DNA of 64,000 nt from Phoronis australis. Taxonomy: Eukaryota > Animalia > Phoronida. This document shows positions 1 through 14,162 of this stretch, one piece after another. Below the pieces are notes generated by a model. That model saw nothing but the letters and a program-made list of their open reading frames with translations. It searched no databases and was not told the DNA's origin. Both the position numbers and the translations under genes were made by a program. The number at the start of each line of letters is the position of its first letter. Positions within the stretch are counted from its first letter, which is position 1. The stretch spans positions 206,069 to 270,068 of the forward strand of contig NMRA01000506.1 in the NCBI GenBank assembly GCA_002633005.1, in the 5' to 3' direction.

Positions 1-342
1 GCATTACTCAACAGCAAGTATTTGCTAAATATTTTATGACTTTGACTCAGGATGAGTCCAAAGAATCCATACAGTGGGGGTCCTAGGGAAAAATATTTCG
101 TACAGTAGGTGGTCGACTGAAAAATAGTTCCGTACACGTATCTTTGTCGGCTCAACAAATCACCAATTATTTGGGTAATCGGTAGCCGCGGTAAGTTAGG
201 GACGAGCGCTAACCAGGAATACCTACTCAGCGAGTACCCGCTTAAGTTTGGTATCGGTTGTAATCAACTTGGCACTAGACATTCACGACCTGAATTTTGG
301 AAATGTGAGCCGAGACTGGTCATTTCGTATCAAGTTGCAACA

Positions 343-3255
343 TTACTTGGGTGAAGAACCAGCGTCGTCACACTCGGGGCAGACCCATAGATGCTCGGCT
401 TTCCGCGTCATCAAGTCAGACAAGGTCCTTTGACTAACCACTCCAACAAACTGCTGATTAAACAATCGTCTTGCCCGGTCATGCAACTGACTATCAGCAC
501 CACAGCCTCTCTCATATCCAAACAGCTGCATTATGCTGTCAATTGCATCTCCATTCTCCCATGGCTCCACCTCTCTAAGAGCTCCGAGAATCTCACTATC
601 TCCCAGTCTGATGGTGCCCTGTATCGGTGCATTTCCCGCTAACTTGTCAGCTTTCTCATTTCCGGTGACCCCACCATGCCCAGGGGAGAATATCCAAGTC
701 AGCTTTCTCAGTCTACCGTTTCGTAACTGCAGCAGCCACTCGGGTTTGAGATATCCCTTTTCGATTTTCTCATCATGCTCTGAGAGTCTGTCACAATAAC
801 TGCACAGGTATGAGTGCTTTCCTGTAGCCATGCAACCTCCTCCATCTTCATACTAGATGTCGTGAGCTCATATGTATGCTTCACCATTTTCCGCTACTAG
901 ATTTTGCTATCCACACTGGAAAAAATAGCCCCATCCAGATCTTTCTCCTCTTTTAACCGATCCATCAGTGTACACCACAGCATCTCCCTCACTTAACAAT
1001 TTTCATAGACCAGCTCAAGAACTTCACTGTTAACTGCACATTAAGCCGCCCTCTCACAACACTGTCGGCCCATAGTAATGACAACCCTGGTGAATCTGCT
1101 AGCTGTTTTGTCATCCACCTTCATTAAACTCTTAATTCTCCTCTGCGAACCAGATCCAGCTCACGCACTCTTTCTACAGTGGTTTCCGCTGCTAGCAACC
1201 ATGATTTGCCACGCTTTAATCTGGTGCCTTTGGGTACAGCCAACTGATCATGCAAGAGACTGTTTTTAGCCACCCGTAACATTGCTTTCACCTGAGATAG
1301 TCTGTGCCTTTTTTCAATACTGGAGAGCCCAAGAATGTATCTCATTGCTGCTATTGGGGTGTCCTGAGTACATCCAAGGAATTCGCATCCCAGTGTTGTG
1401 TATCCTCTCTAACTTCATCATTTGTGTCTTGGACGCTTTGATGATGCCCAAACCGTAATCAATGACTGACAATACTATCACCTTGAAGAAAATCAATAGC
1501 TGGCGTTGTTCTACTCTACAGGTAGCCATGGTCTTTAATGCAACTAGTCCATGTGCGCACCGTTTAGTAGGTGGTTCACATGCCCTTTGTAACTCAGCAT
1601 TCTGTCAAACGTTATCCCCAGGTACTTAAGGCCAGGTACTCTTTCCACATCCTCTCCCCCCATTCTCACTTGTGTCAGGTCTTTGCGTACTATATGGATA
1701 TCCAAGGAACACCAGAGCGCTGCTGCCTTAGCGGTGTTCACAACTGCACTATATTCATCACACCATTCATTGACCTCCTCCAGAGCCTTTCCCGCAACCT
1801 CAACCATGTCATCTCTGTTGGTGCCTGCTGTATATATAAGGGCATCATCTGCGAAAGTTAGTATTCTTCCTCCCGGTATAGTCATATTGGCACACCGACT
1901 CGTGTAGATGTTGTACATTACTGGTGACAGTGGTGATCCTTGTGGAAGTCCAGGAGTTATTGTAACTGGATTCAACACCCACTGCTCCAATCGTAGCGCA
2001 ACCGTGCGTTTCATTAGTGCGCTTGCCACCCAGTTAATGAGATGCAGCTCCAGTTGACAATCGACCAGCAGGTTCATAAGTTTTTCGTATGATACCCGGT
2101 TATAGGAGTCTTCAAGATCAATTGCCACTGCTATAGTTTCTTCCTTCCTCTGAAATGCCTCATAAGTGTCTTAGGCAAAAATTGTGGCGTTTGCCCATGT
2201 ATCTATTCCTCTTCTGTAGCTACCAAGAGTTGCAGGTAATACCCCCATGACCTCAAGATTGTATGCAATGATCTGTGTCACCATTTTCTCCATCAATACC
2301 AACGGTATTTTGCATAGTGATCACTCTATAACCATTTAGCTTCGTGTGATCCTTGCCTGGTTTTGGTATCACCGCCAGATAACTATGTAGCCAATCTTCC
2401 GAAACCTCTCCCATGCTTAAGGCTCTCATTATACATAATGGCCAAATCTTGTAGCTCCTGGTCAGACACACTGCTTAGCATGTTGTAATCGATTTGATCA
2501 GGTCCCGGTGCCGTGTTCTTTGATCTTGACAGTGTAGATTTGAAATCTTCAACAGTAAAAGTTATGGGGGAAGCCGTGCCATTGATGAAGCTATGCGTTT
2601 TGTCTTTCACATTGACTCTTTCCTCAAGATTTTTCTGGTCAGTCTGTTCCAGGTATCGGCCTAAAAAGGCAGGACCCTTTCTTTCAGCAGTTTCCAAGAG
2701 TGTTCTGTCGGCTAGTTTGATGGCCCTGTTGATTGTGGCAGATTCTCATTTATTCATATTTTTGTGGAGGCACCAAAACTACCCAAGAGCCCGATCATTT
2801 CGAACGTTGTTGAAAAACATCTCCCAGCATTCACTCTTGGCCCGTTTGGCTTTGGTTTTAAAATCCTGAACTGCCTTCTTCATATCATCTTTAGCCAATT
2901 CAATTTCTTCCTTTGATGTTTGTTGGTTGTGCCTTAATGTTTGCCATTTTTTGTTGCTAATCTTTTATCAGCCCAAGACCCGTCCACTCTCTCGTTCCAC
3001 CATGGTGGTTGCTTGTAGGCTTTCCTCTTCCTTCTTCCTATTGACTTGTGCTTTTGCTGGCATAGTTTGGCCATTAGATTTCCATCAGTTGCATTGTGTG
3101 AATACTTAAACGCATTTCTTCGGTGTTTAATCCTTGCTGCTTTGTGCTGTCTGATCAGGATCATGCATGGAACGTGGTCGCTTTCATGGCTACCTAGAGT
3201 GGTAAATTCAGTTGCACACACCCATGAGTCTTGGTGTCACCAGGGCTAGATCTAT
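343..3255 (-). mobile_element. 5'-truncated, frameshifted non-LTR retrotransposon with APE endonuclease end, RT and RNase H (I group, probably Ingi-like)
   Basis: Ordered minus-strand fragments: APE C-terminus (IDLALVT...SDHVPC, ~3255-3165); pre-RT APGPDQIDY; IPKPGKD..GYRVITMQNT; RT motifs AIDLEDSYNRV, GLPQGSPLSP, FADD, KYLGITFD; RNase H VVYTDGS (~978-958) and PGHGGVTGNEKADKLA, ending at the stop at 343. Multiple stops and frameshifts. Confidence 0.93.
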
Positions 3256-6180
3256 ACAACTGTCGCAACATACGACCTGGAAATTCCCAAGAACGCGAGC
3301 CTAGGGTAGTTTTTGGTGACAAGTAGATATCTGGCACTTGTGCAAATCTGGCCGTTATTTGGTTGTTTCCAAATCAAATTGAACACTTGGCCCTCTTCAT
3401 TGAGTTGTAAACGTGTTGCGTGAACATGGGATTTTGGATATTTCAGAACCGATCTTTGATGCATTTTATTGGCTGGTGTTTTCGGCTACTTTTGCAAATT
3501 TTTGGATGAGCCGGCAAACATTTCAGACCATGGCATAAATATGATAAATTAAAAACGTCACAGGGATGTTTCATTCACTAGTGACCAACTAACCGAATTT
3601 GTGATGAAAAAAACAATTATTTTTCATGCAAGCTGTCCTGATTAGCCCATTACAATATCCCCAACAATATCATCTCACTGCGGCATAGGTTGATCCCACT
3701 GTTTGCGCGGAGACAGACCGTGACTTGTAAATGCATCTCTTTTTTATGGCAAGACAGCAAACAGATTCTCCAGCCCTAATACACTTTCTGGGACTGAGCA
3801 CGCACATATGTATGAGTCACCTATCACTCACATATGTTGCTGTCAATGTAACATGCCCTCCAGCGATTCAAGTATGGGAACATACACGCGCGCCACTTTA
3901 AAGTCGCACATCAAATGAGAACAGCCGCAATGCTAACTGACAGAGTATATCTGCCTCCCATTCAGTAACGCTAGGGCCTCGCTATAAAGCAATACTTCAC
4001 GAAATTCTTGATTTGAGATATTGCAATGTATCTTAAATGAGAACAAGTGACCTTAGATTTTAGCTAGGTCCTAGTGTTACTAAACGCACGCCAGTGCTCG
4101 ACTCTGTACCAGATAAGTTTCAGCGACCCAGGTGTTAATTTACTTGACAATGAATTTAGACCCCCTGGGGTTATTGGGCCCAATGTTCCCCAGAACCGCA
4201 TGGCTCTAGGCTCGATGTTCCAGGCCCATAGCCACCTTCTAGCGATCTTTTTTATTCTTCTCTCAGTACAACCCCCTCCCACTAGCGCCAATTTTCATTC
4301 CCCGGGTCACCAGTCGACCACCTAGATTTTTCAGGCTCAATTCTACAGGAAGAATTTTGTTCCGGCCGAAGTTGGCCAGTGTTGAAACAAAATTATTGCG
4401 GGTGGCTATACCGGTAGGTGGAAACTATCTGCACAGACAGGCCTAGGCGGAACAGTTTGCCAAGAAATTATATCGTAATAGCATTTTTTTACTGTTGCAG
4501 TCATGTAGTTTGTTATTACCGTGAACATTCACGTATAGTATTCGTCTGTAACACCTTTGATTTTTTAGGAAATACGGAAAGCGCCTACTGCTCTACTAAG
4601 CTAAGTTTTGAGAAAATTCAATTATGCACCAGGGCACACAACAAGAACTGCCAGCGACATTGGTAAAATCTGCTAACGCCAGCTTGATTGACTATAAGCG
4701 AAAAACAAAACCTAGCTTGCATTTTTTATTATTTCAAGATCATACAGTAACGTAGGCAGCAAATTAATTCTGTGAGGCACACTGTCAGTTCCATAGCCAC
4801 GGCACCCTAGGTAACCCGGCAAAATACATGTCCATCAAAATATGGAGAAATTGACACCTTTCCGTGAGGTATGAGGATTGTTCAAAATCCAAGAGCGTCC
4901 CTTCTAAATCGAATTGGGAGTGTTGACAAAACCATCACATTTCTGTGGCCTGATTTTTTCGAATACATGTTTTATCAAGTGCACTGCAGTCGGAAAATAA
5001 GTGCGGTAGACGACAGCGTAGAAAGCGGAGGTTCCGAAGGCGGCGTGGTTCCTGAAGTTTGTGAACATGGGAAGAAAATAAAAGTGACAAAGAGTTCAAG
5101 CATTAATTTGTTATAATTCACATTGCCAAACCACTGTCTCGGAGGCCGTCGTTGTTATTGTCAATCTTTATTTCTAATAATTCGAACACTCGACTTTCTT
5201 CTCTAATAGTCTGTATGGCCAATTTTGTCTCTATGAATTCGTACACGAAGCTCTCAAGGGAAAAATAGTTCGTACACTAGTGTACGAACTACTAGAGAAA
5301 ACACCATATGCATCTTTAAGCTAAGACCTTGAACTAAAAAACAATGTATTGTATTTCACCACTTTTTCTAAAATAGTCATTTTTGTTTCATTATGTACAC
5401 AAACAAAAGCAAGTATGTGAAGCAATTAACAAAAACTTTGACAAGCTTATTTTCAAACAGTTGATAAGAAGTTTAGGTTTATGTGAAAAACATGGGTCTT
5501 GGTTCTTGACAACTGCTTAATTGCAAAAGCAATTTTTTCAAAAGAAGACTCACGCAGCAAATTGGAACAATTAGGGATTTTTGGTCTCTTTAACATACCG
5601 GTATATAAACAGAAATTAATGGATGGAATGCTTTCTTAATAAAATGTATTCTGAAATCAATATTGCAAAATTATCCGAGGCACTGCAGTTATTGTTCATT
5701 TAATTGTCTTCAATGGATATCATCCGCACTTAAGGAAGTTTTTCTGAATGCAAGTCAAGATACTTAAGTCCCGTCCACACACAGCCTCCCTAGAACAATT
5801 TGCAACAGTGCAACTTGTCCCATTAGTGGAGCATCCAAACACACACGTGTCCGATAACTAGGATAAGGCAGAAGTTGTCGCTATGTGCATGAAAATAGCC
5901 GATGCGAATATGGTGTGCAAAAGAATGCCTGTCTCTACGCTGAGCTGTACGTAACCATAGCAGAACTTTCGCCTTGCCCTGGGTTTGCAGACACACACCG
6001 AACAGAAGTGGCCCAAGTTAACCAAAACCTCCATGAGGTGAACAGAAGTAAGTTGTTACAAATGGGGTAAGTTGCACCTAGTTTAAATAGCGTCCACACA
6101 GCCTCCAAACCTAGTGACAGTGGTAATTTGTTCTGGCGTAAGTCTCTGTGTGGACTTTATGCTCACCTGAGGTGGGTACT

Positions 6181-6341
6181 CATAGGTGGATCCAGGGGGG
6201 TCAAGGGGGTTCTGACACCCCCTTTTCCACTTGATTTTAGTGATATCAAATCTAGAATTTTCAAATTGTTGACTTGGACCCCCCTTCTTAAAAAATCCTT
6301 GATCCGACCCCCTCTTCTAAAAAATACTAGATCCGCCCCTG
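6181..6341. mobile_element. Short GC-rich MITE
   Basis: Imperfect TIRs CATAGGTGGATCCAG / CTAGATCCGCCCCTG, with GTACT directly flanking both ends. A related terminus (GAGGCGGATCT) recurs at ~33613. Confidence 0.6.
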
Positions 6342-9300
6342 GTACTAATAAATGAAGGCTCCTATTTTTAACATCTGAACAGACTGAGAGTAACAAACAG
6401 TTCAGTAGCATGGGGGCATATCTGGACTAACGTTCCCAAGTGCCTACCTGAATGAATCCATTTCTACGCGTAGCACTATTGTCACAGGGAGGACCATTGT
6501 CAAACTTTGGCGACCTAGTATATTCTAAGTAGTCAGTTGAAGTTCAAATGAAAGAGCTCTGCAGAGCAACACTTGGCAAAACTGAGTAAAAATTTAAATG
6601 TGAGTTCGACAAAGAAAACAAGAACATCAAGAACAACTGTGACCACAAAGACTATTATACCAAGATATAGTAAATGACATTGAGGAATCAGTCTGTCAAC
6701 AAGTCAGTCACAAAAACAAAAAACATTGATTTAAACTCGAGAACAAAGCATTACATACTTGGAGAAATTTGATTTCACCTAGTAATAAAAATGTTTTCAT
6801 AATTGAGTTATGAATGGGATAAACATATCCTACTTACTGAGACAGGGCCACTTGTTCAAGCGAAAAATACCTTTTTAAAACTCATCACAGGTAAACAAAC
6901 ATTGTTCAATTAATTGCACATCATTTCCTAATCTATTTCACAGTTACTAGCTTCACTCACTGGTGGGTATGTTACTTATTTTCATAGTGAAGAAAAACAT
7001 CACTTATTACCATACTTCATTCAGTCAGTTATCTTTTGGAGCGGAAAACTCTGGCTTTTCAAACAAGGGTGCAAGCTTTTCAAAGACAGTAACTGTACAA
7101 CATGATGTTTGAATAAATGTAGGGGTACAATAATTTGTTTCTCAAATGAATCTTGTTCTAGTCTGAAGCTTAAGTCACAAATACCCTTACTAATGGCTCT
7201 GGAAACTGTGCAAATGACTTTTTCACCATTTCGCAAGGGTTTTTAAGGCAGTTGAACAACATGTCGATGATCGTGCTCAAGATTGTCACGAAATTGTTAC
7301 AAAAACCTGCTATCTCAGGGCGACCAATGTCACTGTTTTACAAACTTTATGAGAACTCCACAGGATGTTGTTTGTAGATTATTTTGTAATCAAGAAACAA
7401 GTCAGGACCTCATGAACTCCTACATGATCATAAGTACAGTTCATGTTGCTCTTAGGGGCCCTTTATATTGTTTGGAACACTGCCTAATGAATGGAGTACA
7501 TGTGCAATCATACTAACGCCTCCTGGTGTTCTTAAAGCTGGCAATGAGGTAGAATTAATTAACCTTTGTTGTAGATGGTGCATATATACTATTTTCAGTA
7601 TTACTGTCATCTTGAATATATAAATCTTTTACACTTTCATACTTTGTATGAAGACGCGATATGTGGAAAAAAGAATTTTTGAAAAAAGATAAAATGTGCA
7701 GGAAGTTGTAGTCCTTCAATTAATGACTCGAGAGAACCATGAGCTGCACACAGGACAGCCAGGCCTATGAAATTATGAAATGAAAAAATCTGGCAGTAAG
7801 ATGGTCAACACTTAGCGTCATCGTATGACCTAAAACCACTTTGCTTACAAAAGAATGCCTGAAGACTCTCCCTCCTCTACGAATATCTGCAAACTCCGAA
7901 ATTCACAGGACCTGGAGGTTTGTTACAAACCCATAATTTGCAAGAAGCTTTGTGACCCTCACTTCAAATCAGTATTCACTTCTTGTTGGTCTCCTACAGC
8001 GTTACCTACCCTATCACACCTGAATGACATATTGTTAATCCAGCCTCTAATTGACAAATGAAGGGATCAACTCTCTTTGAAATTACAGCCTTTCAAAAAT
8101 TTACAGTGACCCTACTGCAGGGAGTGGAAACATTCCTTACTCACACATCAGAAAAACCTCACCATGGAAATTGATGTCCAACTACACTCCGGCACTCTTA
8201 CAACTGTGGATTATTAATGCAAATGGTAGAGTCAATGAATGTGGTTGTATTCATGTTCTGTAGTTCGGGGGGTCACTCATATTCACAAGGTGTCTGCAGG
8301 CGCGTACCAAAAATTGCAGGCAAGCGTTACTTTTTCAGCAAGTTTTACGGGACCCGTGCAGGGTCCAATTGGGCCCTAAATTTCCATTTCATTCCCCACA
8401 AAAGGCCCAGTGCATTGGCCTCAGTCCTGCAAAAGGCGCACTGGCTGTCTTCCTTACACCCCCCCTCCCCCTCCCCCCTCCGCAAAAGGGGGTGCATGTG
8501 GTGAATTTCTTGCTTACACTGGTCACCATTTGGATTCTCTAAGCCCCAGACAACTTTTGCCATGGCTATTCAGCAGGCCCTTTGTATTGATGTAGATCTG
8601 AGCTAATGAAGTGGAAGGCAATAGCTAGCACTACTTTCTTAACAATGGTGGTAGTTATTAAACCCAAATTGGTTTTCTCTGGTATTTGCAGGGAGTTAAA
8701 GCCTGCAATGTGAAGAGTAGTTTTAACTTGGTACATTTTAAATATTACAAAAAGACTAAAAAGTTAATTTGCGTTGATCTTGACAAAGGACCATTTCCCA
8801 ACGGAATGTTGGTTTTAAATGTTTCATACATGTTTTCATTACTTTATATTCAAATCTCCTGTCTACTTGTTTTTTTTCTTACCACTTAGGGTTGCCATCT
8901 TTTTATTTTGTTTTTAAAGGAAGTATCAGAACAACTTAGAAGTCAGTTAATTGTGAACCCATCCCTGACTTTTCCAGATTACAGCAACACCAAACATGTC
9001 ATAGCAAACAAAACTACACCTGTCATTACTTCAAGTTCAATCTTTATTAGAACTCAAATCATAAAATATTTACAAAAGCGTAAATATGGTGTTAGCCACA
9101 CTGAAGATTTGGAACCTCTGGACAATTTTGGTTGCAATAACTACATAACTATTTTAGCTTTTCCTCAGATCACAGCTCTTCCCCACCGACCAACCTCATC
9201 CACTGCTTGCACTCTCTCGTTGACTACAAAGCTAGTCATCTTCTTGTCTTCACAGTGTTCCGTTGCAACTACAATCCAACAATCGAAATTGGCGTATTTC

Positions 9301-12300
9301 CGCGAATATCAGTGATCCGGTTAGTGCACTACTCCTCGAGTAAAGTAGTTCGGCATGCCCTGGACCATTAGCGATGTTTTAAAAGTTGTTGACATCTAAT
9401 TTAGTCACTGTGTGTTGTTTATAGATGTTTTAATGTAGCTTAGTTGTATATTAAGAGAACAATAAACGTGATATTGTTATCGCTCATCAGCGTTTGTAAA
9501 TCCACCGAGTACATCAATACGCCAGTCGTTTATCTTATTATTTGTACCCAATGTTCATAGTTTTTAGTTTAATAGTTCATCAATTTTTAAAAATCGAAAA
9601 CTAAACTTGGTCGTTTTTTCCATCTGAATACCGCTGTGGTATTTGTTTTTAACGAAAACTGTTGGTTAATACATTTTGAAAATTCGCCCGTACACACAGG
9701 CAGAGATGTTTACTACAGGTTATGGTCAGGTAATTACACTTAATTGGGTCTTGCTCGCATCGGACAATGCGGTCATCGCAACTGAGTCTGACTCTGGCGC
9801 TGTGCTCTCTTTGATCCTGGTAAAAGCCGCTCAGAAGGACGAGCGGTGAAAAGTCACGCATATCTTAAGAAATGCGTGACTTTGGTGTAAGCGCATTATT
9901 CACGGCACGGGGAATTAGCAGATCTGGCACCCGTAAAGGGAGGTCTCTCAGCAATTTTTGGTACACGCCTACAGGCACCTTGTCAATATGAGTGATTACC
10001 AAGTCTGTGGTAAGGGTTTTCGTGCTGGTACAAGTTTTTGCAGAGTATGGCAAAGGTATGCACACGTAATAATAGTTGGTTTGCCCCCTACTGGCCGGCA
10101 AATAGAATCACGCAAAATACATCTTACTGAAGATGATGTAAATTTATAAACCCACCATCTACCAATGGCAGAGAACAATCTCCTAACCCGTGTGACCAAT
10201 GTGAAACCATTAAGTTATAGCAAAATAAGAAATTGCATTGCGTCAATTTTTTCATTTCCTAGCATGGTAACATCAGGTGCAGTCCGCACTACTTGCAAGT
10301 GGGCTATTCACTCTATTTTGTGTACTGAAGTTCAGACTTAAAAAGGCAGAGAGAGACAAGAAAAAAGCTGTGACAACAAAGGCAGTGCTCATAGTACGGT
10401 AATACATACTAATACATATGTACTCCCCTGTTCATTCACACAAAAATAATTGCCCAAATAGTACTTTGGTTGAGTACTGATTTGCAAATTTTAACAAATG
10501 TTGTTTCATGACCTCTACACACTTCAATCCTACAATCCATGCGTGTAATGCATTAAAATGTTCTTGATCTTTTCCTTCGACAAGAAATTTAACAGAATAG
10601 AATTTCCCTTGTTGTACATATGTATGCTAAATAAGTGAAGAATTTAGCATAGGCCATTGAACACAAGATTCCAACTCTGTGGGAGTGACCTACCAAAAGG
10701 CACCAGCTTTCTCTAATCACACTCATGATAAAGGTGACATCTTGTGGTTGATTATTGAAACATTACACTGAATTACACAAGTGACTTGTGATTGTAGAAT
10801 ATTTTAAACCTGGTTATCTGCATGTCACTGGTGTATTAACTACAGCAAAATTTCATCTAGTTCTGACCAAAATTACTGCTCTAAAATAGGTCTCTTATTC
10901 ATTTCCAAGGGCCTGTAACATTACTGTGAATTCTTGCAATATTTCAATATATAGGACTATGATGGTTATGTAACAGAACATGTAAATGAGAAACATTAAG
11001 GTTATGTACAGTACAAAACAAAAGGGATCAGACAAATTACCATTTTCCAATAATGACAGAGCTGTTAACAGCAAAATTACTGATGATAATTATTAGGGAA
11101 AATTCTAATTACAGAATGGTGTGGCCAACTTGAGTAAACTCTCCAATTAAATCCTAGCAGATTCTCAGATGGAAAGCTATTCTGATAATGAATTTGACTC
11201 GCGCACCCCACGTCATTGACGAGGAATTCCGGGTCATTTTTTCTGAATACTTTTGTCCTGTATTGTAGAACCTTATCAATTAGTCTGAGTATTCAGCCAA
11301 ATATCTGTAAAAACTATAGATTTTTGCTCAGTAAAAGTATATTTTTTCTGAAAGTTGAGCAAACCTGTAGAATTTTGTTTTTGACTTTCCGTCAATGTGC
11401 CATTAATTGGGTCACGTGACCATACCTTTTTATTAAAACTTAGCAAGAAGGAAAAATACACTGCCATCAAAACTACCGTATCAAAAGCGTGTCCAAATTT
11501 TATTGTCATTCTGTTTTCATTTTTTGCAACTTTTGCATTTTTGTCATGAAAATGATGAGTCGAACTTTTTATAACCCATCATAAACAGTTGAACATGTCA
11601 AGAACAATTTCTAACAGAGTTATAGAGAACAGTGCATCAAGCATAGGGTCTGAGAGTTTTATAACGATCCCATCCCCCGTTTCTGAGGTTTCAAAGGTGG
11701 CCATATTTGGATATTTTTATGATCCCACATAACCTTTATTTGAAGCAATCTATCTACTGAAAAAAATTAGAACAATTTCACTGACCACCGAATTGTGACC
11801 ACACGAAAGATTCCCAACTGAGCAGTGGAAGTGGCACAAAATTACTAAAGGTGCAACAATTAATTGAACTGTAATCGAATCGCGATGTGTAGTGACCGAT
11901 TATAGTATCGAAAAGCCAAGACAAATTTCGATTTGAATCCTAGTTCCAATTTTCACCATTAGGTGTCTTACAAAATTGAAAAGCATTACTGCGATACTGA
12001 GCAAAAGAACAGCTTATGATGGTTCATTAGATGGAAACTTGAAATCATTAACTATTTTCCACAACATGGCAAATTGTGAGTGCTTAACAAGCACAACGTC
12101 ACCAGAAAATGTTGATAATCATTTTCATGAAAAACTTAATTAATATAATACAAATCTGACTATTGAAAAAAAATTAATGTCGGTAAAATTAGTATAAGTG
12201 ACAAGTTAACTAAGTACTTGTATTGCTTCACTTATTTAGCACACAATATGGCAAACAAGCGAAATTCTATGTGTCAAAATTCTCCACAACAGTAAAAAAA

Positions 12301-13836
12301 ATTTGGTGTATAACTAGGACAGTTTGTATCGTTTAGGTTAAAACAACATTTGGAATGTTTCCATTATTTTGTAGCAAAGTAATTGGACTTTTGAAAAATG
12401 ACAAAATGGCAATTATTTTGTGTGAAATAAGTAGGGAATTACCGTAATCATACTTAAGAAGAAATGAATTAATTTAACAGACAAGAATTGAATCCAAAAC
12501 AACCAAATTCCTCCTGAAAAGAAACGGAATCAAACTGAGTCCCAAGAAATTACCATCTTGTTACGTCAGCAAGTCAATAGCCTTGCACAAGGTAAACCAG
12601 CAAAAGGACTGAACCCCCTGGGCAGTAACACGTAAGCATGATGACGTCAACAGAAAACGGACAAAATTTCAATTGTTACTGGCTTTGTATTTCGCAAAAG
12701 GTGAGACTTTATAGTATACAATGTATATTTTTCACTCCCTCAGACTCAGCACCACAGGCACTATAAACCATCATGAACGTTGTAAGCCATATTTAAAGCA
12801 GCACTTAACTCCCTTTAGCTGGTCACGAAATTGAAAATTGCTACACAAGGCCTAAAATGCAAGCAATAAATGAACAACAGATTTTTACCACATGAAAAGT
12901 CATGTTCTCTGTCACTGTAACTTCTCATGATCATAGATTACATTTCATGACAGATATTAAGAAATGACATCTATTCTTTTTGTAACCTGGAGTTTTTTTA
13001 ATATAAGGCAAGTAATAAAGCAGGGTAGTTTTTAACTTTTAATTTAAAAATTGTCTGTATTTCAAATCTACTGACTTCATTATCTAGTTAATTCAATTCT
13101 AAGGCAAGACTCCTTGTACAAAATGTTTTAACAGCTGAAAGCAAAATTGCCAACATCACTATAACTGTCTTGACAGGCTTGCAGTCAAATCTCACCAATT
13201 AAGGATAAGTGGAGTTTTACTTTATCATTTTTCACCTTTTAAGATAAGTACCCCAAATCAATGTTTGTCACTTTTAAGTTCTAGGAAATTTTGCGAAAAT
13301 GTAGCAATCTCAAGAATGTGAAAAGCCTTTGAAAATGGGAAAAGAACAATTTTGGTTCTGTTTTCACGCAAATTTGGTGAGAAATTACTGGGAAATTGGT
13401 TTAACCCAAACGCAGAGACCCAATGTAAACATTACCTAGTTTGGATGGCCATGTTCATAATTTCAAAACGAATGACTCAAAGACTATATTTGTTTATGAA
13501 GAAAAGTTAAACCCTCAAATTAAAAACTGTGAAAAATTTCCATTTTTGTGCAATCTTTGTTAACAGAAGAAATTGAGGAAAATCATTTGCAACTTTTTTT
13601 CATAGCATTCCTTATGCTCACCAAAGTGCTAATGTTCCAAGACAAACACGACAATTACTGGTGGTAACTATGTACAGGTAGTTACACCAGCACCATCACA
13701 ACTACAGCAATTTAAAGGAAACTTAGCTGGTGGGTTTCATGGCGAATTAAAACCTGCCAGGGTTCAGTTTGAAGTTTTTTCGCAACACTCTACAACAGTT
13801 ACACTCCAAAATACTATAGGTGGACCACTCTCATTC

Positions 13837-14162
13837 CAGGGCCCTCGCTCATCCAAGGGGAAAGGCACCTGTGCCTTCTGAGAGGGGAATATTTCGGGGT
13901 GAGGGGAAGATCTACCTCCCGAACACCATCAAGAGCACCCCCATTTTTGTAAGCACTCAGAGACTCTGTCTCAAGTAGCCCTTGTGCTCTTTCAAACTGT
14001 GCCTGTGCGAGTTACAAGTGATCAGAACCTCAAGGGGAATTTTTAAATTACTTGAGGGGAATTTTTGGGACATCATAAGGGGAATTTCGCATGATTTTTC
14101 AATATTTTTCAGAGGGAAATGGGTCCCATATTCCGCCCCAATATCGAGGGATTGAGGGCCCT
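13837..14162. mobile_element. ~320-bp non-autonomous DNA transposon, copy 1 (CAGGGCCCTC termini)
   Basis: Termini CAGGGCCCTC...GAGGGCCCT; the interior aligns by eye with 49910-50230 (CCTTCTGAGAGGGGA, CACCATCAA.AGCACCCCC, GAGTTACA.GTGAT, GATTTTTCAAT.TTTTTCAGAG). Confidence 0.7.

Noticed and set aside
7025-7092. Possible minus-strand terminal exon (TVFEKLAPLFEKPEFSAPKDN*)
   Set aside because: No recognisable homology, and no phase-compatible upstream exon chain could be built.
9649-10199. Cluster of overlapping 60-80 aa ORFs
   Set aside because: No recognisable motifs or splice structure; like most short ORFs in the track, consistent with chance or repeat-derived frames.
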